A stretch of DNA of 64,000 nt from Octopus sinensis (GCF_006345805.1 NC_042998.1:4712001-4776000); one strand, 5' to 3'. Numbered from the stretch's first letter, positions 1 through 13,457 are shown. Made by a program: numbers and translations. Notes: generated by a model not told the origin, from the letters alone.

Positions 1-36
1 TATAAGCTCTAAAATTCACTCCATAATCGCCCACTG

Positions 37-96
37 GCATATGGCGTAGTGGTTAAGAGCGCGGGCTACTAACCCCAAGATTGTCGATTCCAGGCA
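37..96 (+). mobile_element. tRNA-derived SINE head fragment
   Basis: A-box-like TGGCGTAGTGG and B-box-like GTCGATTCC, running into (TAC)n/(TAA)n; a related fragment lies on the minus strand near 2995-3025. Confidence 0.6.
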
Positions 97-121
97 ATAA
101 TAATGATAATAAGTATAGTAT

Positions 122-153
<32 letters not shown>

Positions 154-203
154 ATAATAATAATAATAATAATAATATAATAATAATGATAATAATAATA
201 ATA
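97..203. repeat. (TAA)n/(TAC)n microsatellite
   Basis: Directly visible trinucleotide runs. Confidence 0.95.
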
Positions 204-744
204 ACATCGAAAACTACTTTTGGAATGAGAACGCAGGATCTCATGAAAGCTGGATGTTATATTAGCCGAAACATTGTGTTAATACCATACATGATGAGGA
301 CAAATATCCGTCAATTGTAAATAATGTAAATAAAAATCTACATATAAGCAAATCGATGTTAATAAGCAACACATTTCTGTGGTTCTTGATATCATACGTC
401 TCATATTTGTATAATTTGACTATACATATGCCTACACTGTGCTTGATTTAATCAGAATGGCTAACATTGAAGACTAAGTGAGACATGTTTTGTTGAATGT
501 CTATGATGAAAATTGGCATTTTGAGTGCGCCTTTGATCTTCTAATTCTAAAGTCATATGGCTCAAGGTCACATTTGTCAAGACCTGGAGAAAGAACGTCA
601 TGGTATGTATGCTATTTATTGAACTTTACCATCACAAATCTGCATTTGCTTACTTTACAAATGTTGGCGATTCTGAAAATACTTTTCCTAGGTGAAAATT
701 GCATTGAATATAGGTTTAGATGTTTTGTATTTCAGAAATGTGGT

Positions 745-886
745 AGTGCAGTAGCCCAGTGGTTAGGGTAGCCGAGGATCGCGGTTTCGATTCCCAGATC
801 GGGCGTTGTGTGTGTTTATTGATCGAAAACAACTAAAGTTCCACGAGGCTCCGACAGGGGCTGGTGGCGACCCCTGTTGTACTCTT
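745..886 (+). mobile_element. SINE family A (tRNA-derived), 3'-truncated
   Basis: Matches the 5' part of the copies at 24612-24997 and 18400-18788 (GCCCAGTGGTTAGGG...GGTTTCGATTCCCAGA...CCACGAGGCTCCG). Confidence 0.8.
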
Positions 887-1043
887 TCTGCATAGTCATC
901 TTGACTACTTCATTGAAAATCATAGTGCAATAAGTGATTAGTGAGCAAGAGGAAAGATTTGTCCAAGACATCGACACCATGGGGGCAAAGTATCAAGGCA
1001 GGTGGAACACAACATTAATGACTGAATACTGCTGGTCTCTGCA
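884..1043 (+). pseudogene. C-terminal remnant of an invertebrate DNA-transposon transposase (superfamily uncertain)
   Basis: Translates with a frameshift to FLHSHLDYFIENHSAISD/EQEERFVQDIDTMGAKYQGRWNTTLMTEYCWSL, matching the recurrent HSHLDxFPENLGAVSxEQGERFHQDI...YQGRW...ADYCW motif. Confidence 0.6.
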
Positions 1044-1189
1044 TGGAAAGTTTACCCCTTCAGTCGGTGAAACTTTAGTTTGACGGAAATATTTATCTTG
1101 GTATTGCAGGCAGAATAATGGTTGGTGTCTTTCCCAGCTTTGCTGCGTTCATAGTGATCTTTGGGGTTACGTTCGGCGAATTTAAGAGC

Positions 1190-1608
1190 AGGACTCCGCT
1201 CCTTGCGATACCTCCAGAGGATTTCTAAAACTTGTCGGTGGATTTCTAAGACTTCCACAGCACCAGTATCTGGCCTCCTAATTGTAATCCCAATGATTAC
1301 TCCGTACGGGGCTAAGCTGAGAAAGGCACTAACCTGCAACACCAACGCTGAGTTCGTGCCCTAGTTCAAGCTTCTGTTCGAAGGTCTTCTCACAAGCACA
1401 GGGAGGAACGCATGTGCCACGTTCCGAAGACGTCTTGAGGCTACGGAAGAAGCTGAGGACGGCTGCTTTGAGTAAACTGTTATCTTCAGCTATTATCTAG
1501 TTGATATTATGTTTCTTTCTTTCATTACAGTAGTTTGATTTTTGGATGGGATATTGTGTGTTCTTTTCCTTTAATGCAAAGTATCAAATGCTGCTCGAAT
1601 ATCCTGTA
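1190..1608 (+). mobile_element. Tc1/mariner-superfamily remnant (transposase C-terminus and 3' terminus)
   Basis: Frame-broken IWPPNCNPNDYSV...NACATFRRRLEATEEAEDGCFE* (WPPxSPDxNPxDY-type motif); ends in ATCCTGTA, resembling a CAGG-type TIR plus TA. Confidence 0.65.
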
Positions 1609-2641
1609 CAAAATATACAAGATGTGCATTTGTATACATATGTTTATATATGTAATGTGAATTCATTAATTATATTTGCATATCATACGTGTGTATGCAT
1701 TCTAAGCCGTACTAATATTGCGGGATATGTATATTTTATGCAAGGCTGTTTATAACGGAACAAAGTGCTGCCCAGATTAATGGCTGTCGATACAAACAGA
1801 AACGTTTATTCACACATGCATAACTTCATTTATATATGCAGAAATTGATACGCATATATTTCTAATCGAAGGAAGAGAAATATGTGTGCACCTTTATACA
1901 CGTATATTTATTCACGGAAGATTAAAATAAACAATTTTGGGGGGAATGTATATATATCCGAATGTGGATTTATATAAAATATTTTTATTTCTATTAAGCT
2001 AAATGAATTGTTTGACAATCTGAATTCCATGTGTTGCAATGCAGAATCAAACTTGTAAGAATGCATGCATGATTCGTCTTAATTTCTTGGCAGATATCTT
2101 TGGGTATGCTAACTGTCAAATCAAATTAGAAAAATGCTGGAATTCTACTGACATTTCAATTAGTAACTTTTGATTTCTTACATATGCACATGTCCAGTTG
2201 TTGCAGAAAAATTGTCTTGACTGATTGAACTGATTTTTAACTACTCTAAAGTTTAGAAAATAAATGTCCAGGAGGGGACGTGAATGTTTCAACGTGATCA
2301 GGAACGTCACTAGAAATACTAACAACATCCTTTAAATACCACATCCAACAAAACGAAGGACACGTTCGATAATGTAATTTTACAGGCTGTATATACAAAT
2401 CCTTGAATAAGAAGCCCATTTCCCATTACTGTAATGGTGTCTGCATTGATAATAAATAATGGCTCTTCATTTAGCAGACATATAAAACAATTAAATTTGC
2501 TTCAGAAAGGCTCAATTTCGTATTTAGTACATCACACTTAAAATATAAGCAAGATAATGAAAGAAACGGTAATCAAGTTTCATCACATGGCACGCCACTC
2601 CCTAAACAAAGTGACAAACAACGTTGGACTATGTGTGTATG

Positions 2642-2693
<52 letters not shown>

Positions 2694-2811
2694 ATATATA
2701 TAATATATATATATATATGCATGAAGAAAATGGAGGAACAGGAAGAAGTTGGTCGCTTGCGTTAGTAAGCCATCAATTTAATAAATTAATAAAGAAACGT
2801 GGCAGTAATAG

Positions 2812-2867
2812 TGCATTTACGATCGTTTCTGTTTACCAGCTGTAGTGGTAGACATCATCAGAATGCA
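2812..2867 (-). ncRNA. Type I hammerhead ribozyme motif, canonical core
   Basis: Minus strand TGCATT-CTGATGA-TGTCTACCA ctacagc TGGTAAACA-GAAA-CGATCG-TA-AATGCA: 6-bp stem I, 9-bp stem II with one mismatch, palindromic stem III. Confidence 0.85.
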
Positions 2868-3709
2868 TAGTCATATGTAGAGGTAAGAAGAGCGAAAGAC
2901 ATACGGATACATTGGTAACGAGAATAAAGACAAAGAATGGTGAGTTTTATATTACAGTGGATTTCTTATCTGATAATTCTGCTGCAAAGTGAACGTACGA
3001 ATCTTGGGGTTTGTAGCCCGCGCTCATTGATAGTCATTTCCCAACTATTCAACGTCTTATGACAGGATTTGGCTGGGGTGTTCATTGGAGCGAAATGAGC
3101 AGACGCTTGTATTTCTGTCACAAGCACAATGATACTGTATTGAATTTGCCAAATATTCCCTATCTCGTTTGAATCAAGCGTATAAAGTTTGTAAGTCTCT
3201 TTATTATTCACCTTTCATGTAGCACATATTCACACAAGTTTTAATTTATCGATCACACAGTACAAATTTCATCCTCATCTGCTTATCGTAAGTCGATTTC
3301 ATCCTACCCATATTCAGCAGAATATGTCTCTCATCAGCTTTATCACCGCTAATGAAGTTCAAACTACATAATTCGAATTGCTCTCTGCTGACACAGTAGT
3401 CTTTATATATATTAAAATAAAAACACATTACTTAGATTCACCATATATATAGTGCACGTTTAAAAGTTATATACAAATATTTATGTGTTTAATAATAGAA
3501 AATCATATAATCGATTAGTAGTATTTTGATCTTTTCAGCAAAATATGGAATAAACTGGGAGAAGCTTCGGTCATATCAAACATCCCCAGAGACGTGTAGA
3601 CTTTACTGTTCCTAGTGATATAATGACGGATGAATCATTAACAGTAATATCAGTGTTTCAATCGGCTTTTGAATATTATCCACATTAATTATGCTACACT
3701 ATTTATAAA

Positions 3710-3925
3710 TATTGATTTCAAATTTTGGCTCTACGCCAGCAAGTTCAGGTGAGGGGTTAATTCGATTACATCATCCGCAGTGCTCAACTGGTATTTAATT
3801 CATCGACTCCGATGGGATGAAAAGAAAGACAACCTCTTCCTAATTTGAACTCGGAACGTAAAAACGGACGAAATGTCGTTAAGCATTTAACCCAGCGTGC
3901 TAACGACTGTGCCAGCTCGCCGCCT
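3710..3925 (-). mobile_element. SINE family C variant
   Basis: Reverse complement of head GGCGGCGAGCTGGCAG...GAGTTCAAATT plus central domain. Confidence 0.75.
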
Positions 3926-3944
3926 CAAAGACTATAAATAAATA

Positions 3945-4545
3945 TTTATTTCTTTATTGCCCACAGGGGGTTAAACATAGAAGGGACAAACAAGGACAGA
4001 CAAAGGGTTTAAGTCGATTACATCGACCCTAGTGTGTAACTGGTACTTGTTTAATCGAACCCGAAAGGATGAAAGGCAAAATTCACCTCGGTGATATTTG
4101 AACTCAGAATATAAAGACAGACGAAATGCCTATTTCTTTACTACCCACAAGGGGCTAAGCACAGAAAGAACAAACAAGGATAGACAAACGGATTAAGTCG
4201 ATTATATCGACCCCAGTGCGTAACTGGTGCTTATTTAATCGACCCCGAAAGGTTAAAAGGCAAAGTCGATCTAGGCGGAATTTGAACTCAGAACGTAACG
4301 GTAGACGAAATACCTATTTCTTTATTACCCACAAGGGGCTAAACACAGAGGGGACAAACAAGGACAGACATAGGTATTAAGTCGATTACATCGACCCCAG
4401 TGCGTAACTGGTACTTAATTTATCGACCCCGAAAGGATGAAAGGCAAAGTCGACCTCGGCGGAATTTGAACTCACAACGTAACGCAGACGAAATACCGCA
4501 AAGCATTTCGCCCGGCGTGCTAACGATTCTGCTAGCTCGCCACTT
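3945..4545 (-). mobile_element. SINE family C, head plus three tandem bodies of about 185 bp
   Basis: Three repeats of CCCACAAGGGGCTAAACACAGA...GGAATTTGAACTCA; the tRNA-like head is present only at the 4545 end. Confidence 0.9.
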
Positions 4546-6964
4546 TAAAGACAATTTATAAATATTATTTAATGTTTTAGCAAAATTTTTAAAAGTGACA
4601 TGTGTGCAAAGTTGATGCGCTGAACTAAAAGAGAAAGTGTATTTTAAAATGTTTGTTTCAGATCTCTTGAGACAAACGGTGAGTTTGAATCTTCCTAAGA
4701 TAAATTGAGTAAGAATCTCTAATGAAATATAGAAGTTGATGCCCATTTGAATTTATATTTGTAAGCGTACTTCGATGAGATACTCTATAGTTAGAGATTC
4801 AATTTTGTGAGAATTGTTCCAGTAAGTAAACTGCGCCCTTTTAAAACAGTTAATTTCTACTTGTAGTTTGAAGATTAATATCATTTCTTCTACCACAAAC
4901 AGGACCATATCTGTCAAGGTTATCACAATTACAAATACCAACAGAAACAACTATACTCTCAATACTACCTTGTCTGTCACCAACGCTACATTATCCTGTT
5001 TTTGGCTGCCATTTGAACCATAACTAAAGAGAACTCCTATTAAACGATGTTTTGTAAAAATATCGATGCCACTACTATGATATCATGTCGCACTGTATAT
5101 ATTCTATGTGTATGAAATTGTGGTGATATATAATATCACTACAGTTTTCCAGCATTATCAAGACCACAGCATCGATACTGGTACATAACTTACAATAGAC
5201 ACAACCACTGTAGGGAGAACCTTTAATCATGCTTCCAAATCATTTAACTTGACTGCCATACCCCCACCTCTCAACAGCATCCTCACCACCTTTAACAATG
5301 CTTTTCTTAAGAGTGCTGACCTTCATTATATTCGCCGAATCTATGAACATTGCTATAAACAAATTGACTTTTTGCGGGGGAAAAGGTCACTTAATCTGTT
5401 ACAACCTCTGAAGTTTCTGAAATCCATGGCATCTACTTGACCTTCCGGTTTACTTAATGTCTAAATGTATCCCACATGTAGGGATCCGTTCGCTTTAACA
5501 CACACTTAGACCACAAGCGTTTAATGTAATTTAGTATCTGTCTGTCTGTCTCTCTTTCTCAATTCTATCTCTATATCTGTATAGCTAGTAAACTATCTCT
5601 CCTACTTTCTTCCTCTCTCTCTATATATATATGTGTGTGCATTTATAAAGAGAGAGTAAGAGAGAAGGAGAGGAGGATACCTATATACAGATATACATAC
5701 ATTCATACACGAAGACACATACACACATATAAACACAACACACACACATACACACTCACAAAGATATATCGTATTTTTCTCATTAGAATCATTGATTTTT
5801 ACATACTCGTACGATCGCATAATTTCATAAAAATGTGCAGCATTCCTTTCAATCAACCTCATTATCGGAATAGAATTTACTTTCACGCTTCCAAAATTAA
5901 AAATGCTAGATTTAATTTCAGAAGTAGTAGATTTTGATATGAAATACTGTAAGCCATTCATTTGGAGTTGAAAATGTTCTGCCAAATGTAAATGGATTTT
6001 GTAATATATGTAACAAGTTGCTAATTATTTCATGCTGACTGAAATATAGAATAGTTTTTCTTATGGTCAACATTAACACGTTGATATGTTCAAAGCTGTA
6101 ATGTTACGTAACATGAGAATTCTTATTTATGTAGTCATTAAGGGTTAACGTGCGAGTAATTGGTTCTCTGTTCTACCAGAGAAAATTGATAGACTAATAT
6201 CGATCATTCACTTTTGCTTCGAGCTTAAATCCTACACCGAAATTTAGCTGAAGAAGCACAATCCACTGAGAGGGTCCCCAACTCGTCGCTTGATCTGCTT
6301 TAAGTTGCAATCAGAAGACACTCAACTATATCTCATTCTATCTTATAAATATAATCTTATACTTTAGAAGAGATGCGATGATTACAACAGGAATGCTTTA
6401 GGTCATAGGTGTCCTTGATCAGGCTTGACCTGGGAAAACAAACAACAACAATAAGAACACAGTGCATGCTGATGCATATATATTACATTGTTATATAATT
6501 GAATGATATAGCAATTTATATCATGGTGGTAATACCGTTGTAGTTATGCAATTTGGTCACTCATACTGGCTCGTGGACTGTTGAAAACAACGCACAAGGA
6601 GACAATTGATTAAATTCTATGTGGATATTGGTAGATAAGCTGAATAAAGGCAATCTATATGATCGTATAATCATTTTCCGATAGCGCACAGTTATATTTA
6701 TAAGTCATTATATTAATCTATTTTCCTAACACGTTATTTGCACATATATCGTATCAGTTTGAAAGGATTAAAAGGTAATTATCCCCCAGAAATATGTGAA
6801 CTAAAACAATTTGGTGTCAGGTACAGCCTTTCATTTTACTTAATTTAAACATTAAATATTTCATACCAGCCACTTGATTTAAGAACTGTTTATTGAAATG
6901 GTTTTTAACTGTGTAATTTTGATTTCATGGAGCCTCAAAAGCTACACAAACGTCTTTTATCTTT

Positions 6965-7159
6965 TACATGTTTCAGTCATTTGATTGCGGCCTTGCTGGG
7001 GCACTGTCATGAAGGGTTTTAGTCGAGAAAATCGACACTAGAATTTTTTAAAGCCTAATACTTTTTCGAAATACTTATTCTATTCCGACCTTATGCTGAA
7101 CCGCTATGTTACGGAAACGTAAACACAGCAAAGAACCCCGTCGTATAATTATATATATA

Positions 7160-7215
<56 letters not shown>

Positions 7216-7450
7216 TGTGTTTGTGTGTTTGCGTAATCTGAGTTTGTCGCCCCACCATCGCTTGGCAACCGATGCTGGTATGTTTCCGTCCCCGTAACTT
7301 AGCAGTTCAGCAAAAGAGACCGATAGACGAAGTACTAGGTTGACAAACAATATGTCCCGGAAGCGATTTGTACACCTAAAGGCGGTGCTCCACCATGGCC
7401 GCAGTCAAATGACTGAAACCAATAAAAGAAAAAAAAAAGAATAAAAGAAT
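6965..7450. mobile_element. Two SINE family B 3' halves in opposite orientation around (TA)n
   Basis: 6965-7130 is the reverse complement of the family B tail; 7131-7450 is a forward, 5'-truncated copy. Confidence 0.75.
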
Positions 7451-7582
7451 AACACAGCGGAGTTCCTGAGGTAGTTCCAAGGGAAATATACCCAGACTGC
7501 GAATGACACCAGGTGGCGTTAACTGTGGCAATGCTTTACTCAACACTTCAACATACTAATCGACATATACCCAATAGTTCAA

Positions 7583-7653
<71 letters not shown>

Positions 7654-8074
7654 TGTGTGTGTATTAATAACCAGTGTTCTTTCACTTTAGAGAAGTACAG
7701 GGAAATCAATAACGTTTCCCTATATATGGGGAAAAAACTAATTTTCAAATAGTGTAGATTTTGACGTTAGCCACGTGTAGTGTATGTAGCATCAAATATT
7801 ATGGACAATTATATAATTAAATGCAGATTGATAAGCTCCTTTGTTAATGCAGATTATCAACGATTAAAAGAGTACACTGAGAATTTACTCATCCACCATT
7901 AACCTTTATACTTCTAGGATTATAGAATTCTGAAAAGAAAAATTGTGTACATGAACATGATTTCCGTCAAAAGATTTTTGTTTTTCGGTAACTGGATCTT
8001 CTAAGCATAATGTCAACTTCAAATTGTGGATTATATCCGAATCATTCTAACGATATTATATATCGATACACACC

Positions 8075-8245
8075 GGCGTAGGAGTGGCTGTGTGGTAAGT
8101 AGCTTGTTTACGAACCACATGGTTCCGGGTTCAGTCCCACTGCGTGGCACCTTGGGCAAGTGTCATCTACTATAGCTTCAGGCTGACCAAAGCCTTGTGA
8201 GTGGATTTGGTAGACAGAAACTGAAGGAAGCCCGTCATGTATAAT

Positions 8246-8323
<78 letters not shown>

Positions 8324-8538
8324 CGTGTGTGTATGTTTGTGTGTCTGTGTTTGTCTCCTCAACATCGCTTGACAACCGATCCAGGTGTATTTACATCCCA
8401 CGTAAATTAGCGGTTCGGCAAAAGAGACCGATAGAATAAGTACTAGGCTTACAAAGAATAAGTCCTGGTCTCCATTTGCTCGACTAAAGGCGATGCTCCA
8501 GCATGGCCACAGTAAAATGACTGAAACAAGTAAAAGAG
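8075..8538 (+). mobile_element. SINE family B, full length, with internal (TA)n(TG)n
   Basis: tRNA-like head GGAGTGGCTGTGTGG...GGTTCAGTCCC; tail TGACTGAAACAAGTAAAAGAG shared with other copies. Confidence 0.9.
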
Positions 8539-9715
8539 TGAAATTATTCGTTAACGTTTGCATTTTTCAGCTGTTTACCTTACCTGTCTTGCTATATTTT
8601 ATTCTTTATATTATGTTTCCTTCGGTAACGTCCATCCACGCCCACCAGTCCGAGTTCCACACTACATTTTAATAAAGGTTGTAGCCTGTCTATATGTGTC
8701 TATATATGTATATGTGTGTTATTGTCCGTGTATGTGTTCAGGTGTGTGTATATATGTATATGTGTGCGTATGTGTGCCAGCATATGTAGAAATAGGGCTG
8801 GACAAAAATTAATCATGTAAAACATGAAATGTCGTATGTCAGTCGTCTACAATATTTCTATTATGATTAATAATGTTGTAGTCCTTTTATTATAAATCTC
8901 TTTCATTTGCTATTAATGTGAATTGCCAATTAAAGCCAATAACTGCTAAGTCATAAAGGAATCGGATAAAATACAATTCATTTATTGGGACACAATAATC
9001 ATTCAACTAGAATCATAAATATCTTGGGTATTATTAGGAAGTCAGTAGATTTAAAGCGTATAAGTAAAACATGGCAGATGACAATTTAAGCGAGAGCTGC
9101 CATTAAAGATTCTAATGCTAAGTACTTTGCAAGATGTGGCGTTTTCGTGTTATAACTGAGATATAAAAATTGCTTGACTCTCTTGATTTATAGAATTTTT
9201 CGAAGAACTGATTATCGATGTCATGAAATGACTGGCTTTTCTTATTAGTACGCTCGGATATAGCTTAGTTATTTTAAAACATCATTCGTCAGCGTAAAAC
9301 CTCCGTGGAGTGAAGTGTGTCTACAGTTCTACACCTGTGTTTCTTATGTGGAACATTGAACATAATCTAAGTTGATATAAATCTTGGATTATCAGACGAT
9401 ACTGCAAATACCCAGTTGTGAGTATTACATATAGCTGTGCAAATGTCTTTCAGCGTGTTTATGTGCTAGATTGCATGCTTCTGTGCATTTTTACATTCAT
9501 CAACAATCTCTTTGCACTAAATATATTTTGTCTACAATTGCTAATGAAGGCAGCAAATGGTTTCTAAGGAATTTTTAGATGCGCTTAGTAAGCGAGCTAT
9601 AAGGAATTCCTAACCACAATAATCTCTTGTTCCATTCACATCCAAAGCTTACAACAAAACTTAATTTGAAAGATTATTTAAAAGGATTACATGACTAATA
9701 TATATTTATCGCAAT

Positions 9716-9907
9716 GCGGCGAGCAGGCAGAATCGTTGGTACGCCAGGCAAAAATGCTTTGCAGCATTTCGTCCCACTTCATATTCGAATGCCGCAGGGT
9801 GGATTTTGCTTTTCATCCTTTCGAGGTTGAAAAGTACCAGGGGCCGAAGTAATCAGCTTACACCATCCCTCCTACTTGCTGTTCTTGTGCTAACATTTGA
9901 AACCAAT
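9716..9907 (+). mobile_element. SINE family C, decayed
   Basis: GCGGCGAGCAGGCAGAATCGTT head and TTTCATCCTTTCG domain. Confidence 0.7.
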
Positions 9908-10429
9908 ATGTATTTGGCGTATTTAAATTGATATTCATATTGAAAATATTATGTTTTTTTTTAATTCAAATTAGTTTTACGGAAGAGTCTACGTCATAAC
10001 CTGCGATGGTCATGCAATGAACACTTAAAACGAAAAAGAAGTTGGCGGCAATAGAAATGACTTGATTAGGGAGCCATTATTAGAAGACTGATATTTTGGA
10101 GTGGAAGCACTGATCATGGGGTACAGTACAGTGTTTATTGGGTGAGAGAACGCAATATTCTGACAGCAATAGTAGAGGTGAGTGAGCCTGGTGTGCTCCG
10201 GTGTTGACACACAGCTCCCAGGGTATGAGGGAATGTTAAGAAGAGCAGTCGATGTATGAGAAAAGGAAAGCGGTGGTTTTCATATGAATCCCCTAGCAAT
10301 CTTTACTGGATGTGTTCTACTATGTTCTAATGCATGGCTACAACAACTCCCAAAGTGTTGGAGCAGGTTTTCATTACAGATCTCACCTGAACTTTGAGGG
10401 GTTTCTCTATTATTATTTGAAGAGAGGAA

Positions 10430-10645
10430 GTAGTGGGCTAGCAGAATCGTTAACACACTGGGCAAAATATTTAAAAGCATTTCATTTGTCTTTAGTTTCT
10501 GATCTAATGTTCCGCCGATTTGACTTTGTGTTCCATCGTTTCGGGGACGATGACGTAAGTAACAGTTAAGCACCGGGATTGATATAATCGCCCTAGCCCC
10601 TCTACACACATTTCAGGGATCATGCTTGTAGTTGAAAGGATTATT
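10430..10645 (+). mobile_element. SINE family C, decayed
   Basis: GCAGAATCGTTAACACACTGGGCAAAAT head similarity and central domain. Confidence 0.6.
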
Positions 10646-12159
10646 TATAATTTGAAGGTAAAGCGTTTAAGCCTTGTTCTTGCGTGCGGCCAGATTACTT
10701 GTGAGCAAATATAGTAATCTGCTGTTTTATTGGAGATTTATAACCGTCAAAATTTTAAAATATAACCTCTAAAGAGATCCTTAAACACAAAAGAATAAAG
10801 AGAATCTCAGAGAGCAAAAACACAATAAGTAAATGATTAACCTTATTTCATCAGGGTTCGTTTCTAATCATAGAACATTCGTAAGTCGATTCTTTAAGAG
10901 TTCATAAATATACAGTTAGGAAAAATAGAAATATTTAACTTGAAGGCAGATATGTTGATAAAAATTACATTTGCACACTCATGCGTGCGTGTACACATGC
11001 ATGCACGAACACGCAGAAAACTGAAATTCTGAACATTTGCCAACATAATTTTATCGTAATTATTAGTTTTTTTTATACTTTAGGAAACAGTGTTTTAATT
11101 GAAGATTTTGTGAGTTTGGAGGCAAATTGAAAACGCAAAATTTTGTGATATTTTACTGTATTTTGTAGCCTGGAGTCTTGTTAAATGTAGCCAAGGCAAA
11201 TACTTAATTTTAGTTTCATTAGGTATCAATTTGACTAATACAAATCAATACAATATAAACACTCTCTCACGCCTAACGACAACACGTGGCAGTAATGTAC
11301 ATGTGTCATGTACGTACATATTGGAAAGAAATTTTGAAAATATATGTCCATACATCTCTGAAATCATTAAATGTGTATGTGTATACACATGTGTAGATTT
11401 ATATGATTTATGCATTTTTGCGTGTGCAAACACACATAAGTGTGTGTGTATGCGTGTGTATGTGTATGTGTGTGTGTATGCTTGTAGGCTAATTTATATA
11501 CGCACATGAAGACAACCACATGTGATTCAAGACACACCAGCAACTATATTTCACAGTTAAGTCACTTATGAAGTGACATAAGAACCAAGGGAAATAGCCC
11601 ACAGAAACTTTCAAGCCACATCGGAGAGAATAAATATTTACATTTCGATACTGCTATAATGAGTTTTCTTGTGAATGTTTGCAAGTATGCAGTACTTAAG
11701 GAAGAATACGTAACAGAACAGCTAATTGACTAAGGCAAACAATTATTATTTCTAAATATGGTCATATTTCATACCTAATAGCAAAATGTCTTACAGTATA
11801 ACTTGTGACTGTTAATATTCTTCCTTCGCAAAGTCTTCTTATACTTGCAGAAAAACTTTTCGTTGTTAACTTAAATGGTTCAAGTGTTGTTAAGACAAAC
11901 ACTTCGGAAATGCGTGAATTCGGGTCCGATTTTCGAAGTTTGTTTGACTAAACAAATAGAAACGTCTAATATCAGGTAAGGAGTCATTGTTAATAACAAA
12001 ACAATAACATTATAGTTAAATATAATACAATTCCTGAATCACAGTAAGGACTATCGAATGTTGTTTTACATCACTGACCATCCATAATGCGCTTCATTTC
12101 CATTGTTATTACTTCCTAATAGGACCACTCCACTGGCTAGATCAATGCTTTTATATTAC

Positions 12160-12380
12160 TCTCTTTCTCTTTTACTCTCTTTTACTTGTTTCAGTCATTT
12201 GACAGCGGCCATGCTGGAGCGCCGCCTTTAGTCGAGCAAATCGACCCCGGGACTTTGTAAGCCCAGTACTTATTCTATCCGTCTCTTTTGCCGAACCGCT
12301 AGGTGACGGGGACGTAAACACACCAGCATCGGTTGTCAGGCAATGCTAGGGGGACAAACACAGACACACACACACACATA
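12160..12380 (-). mobile_element. SINE family B 3' half
   Basis: Near-identical to 13050-13275. Confidence 0.85.
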
Positions 12381-12453
12381 TACATATATATATATGTATA
12401 TATATATGTACGTGTGTGTGTGTGTATATATATATATATGTATATATATATGC

Positions 12454-12557
<104 letters not shown>

Positions 12558-12639
12558 CAGGGATTGGACAAAATAATGGAAACACTTAGCATCATAGCAT
12601 ACAAACAGAAAATTTAACCACAGATGACTGAAAGCGTAA

Positions 12640-13047
12640 ATCACCATAAGATACACCTTATAAATCAAAATGTCATTAATAAAGCAAAAATTATCGATAG
12701 GAATGCGAAAACGTGTAATTGTAGGGCCCCTGAATCGTGTCCGTTCGCTGGTTTCTGTTTACGTAAAAACGTTATCTATAAATGCAATGTGGCGAACGAC
12801 AAAAATCAAGCTAGAGTATACATACGAAGCACTATAGACTTTAAAAGACGATATAGAACACTTTAAATTCTTTCAATATATTAAAATACAGAAACTCAAC
12901 AGCGCTAGCTAGATATATAGACGACTTAAAATTACAGAATAATAATTAAACATTATCTTGGTCTATTATAGATGAGGCCCCACCGTGCAATACGGTTACA
13001 GGCAGATGTAGAATGTGCATAAAAGAATCATTCATTATCCTTCGCAT
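12640..13047 (+). pseudogene. Penelope-like element GIY-YIG endonuclease fragment
   Basis: TCNCRAPESCPFAGFCLRKNVIYKCNV...VYIRSTIDFKRRY, then after a frameshift NSFNILKYRNSTALARYI...WSIIDEAPPCNTVTGRCRMCIKESFIIL: Cys-rich linker, VIY/YIG-like motifs and CxxCxxE; one frameshift and one stop; cut by a SINE. Confidence 0.85.
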
Positions 13048-13049
13048 AC

Positions 13050-13457
13050 TCTCTCTCTTTTACTCTTTTACTTGTTTCAGTCATTTGACTGTGGCCATGC
13101 TGGAGCACCGCCTTTAGTCGAGCAAATCGACCCCGGGACTAATTCTTTGTAAGCCCAGTACTTATTCTATCGGTCTCTTTTTGCCGAACCGCTAAGTGAC
13201 GGGGACGTAAACACACCAGCATCGGTTGTCAAGCAATGCTAAGGGGACAAACACAGACACACAAACACACACACACATATATATACATATATACGACAGG
13301 CTTCTTTCAGTTTCCGTCTACCAAATCCACTCACAAGGCATTGGTCGGCTCGGGTCTATAGCAGAAGACACTTGCCCAAGATGCCACGCGGTGGGACTGA
13401 ACCCGGAACAATGTGGTTGGTTAGCAAGCTACTTACCACACAGCCACTTCTGCGCCT
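13050..13457 (-). mobile_element. SINE family B, full length
   Basis: Reverse complement of the 8075-8538 layout. Confidence 0.9.

Noticed and set aside
236-286. Hammerhead-like CTCATGA...GCC-GAAA-CATTGTG-TT
   Set aside because: G5 is altered and stems I and II are poor; at best a decayed copy, so it is not listed as a feature.
3945-4545. Regularly spaced repeats as a CRISPR-like array
   Set aside because: Whole units repeat with no unique spacers; eukaryotic SINE multimer.
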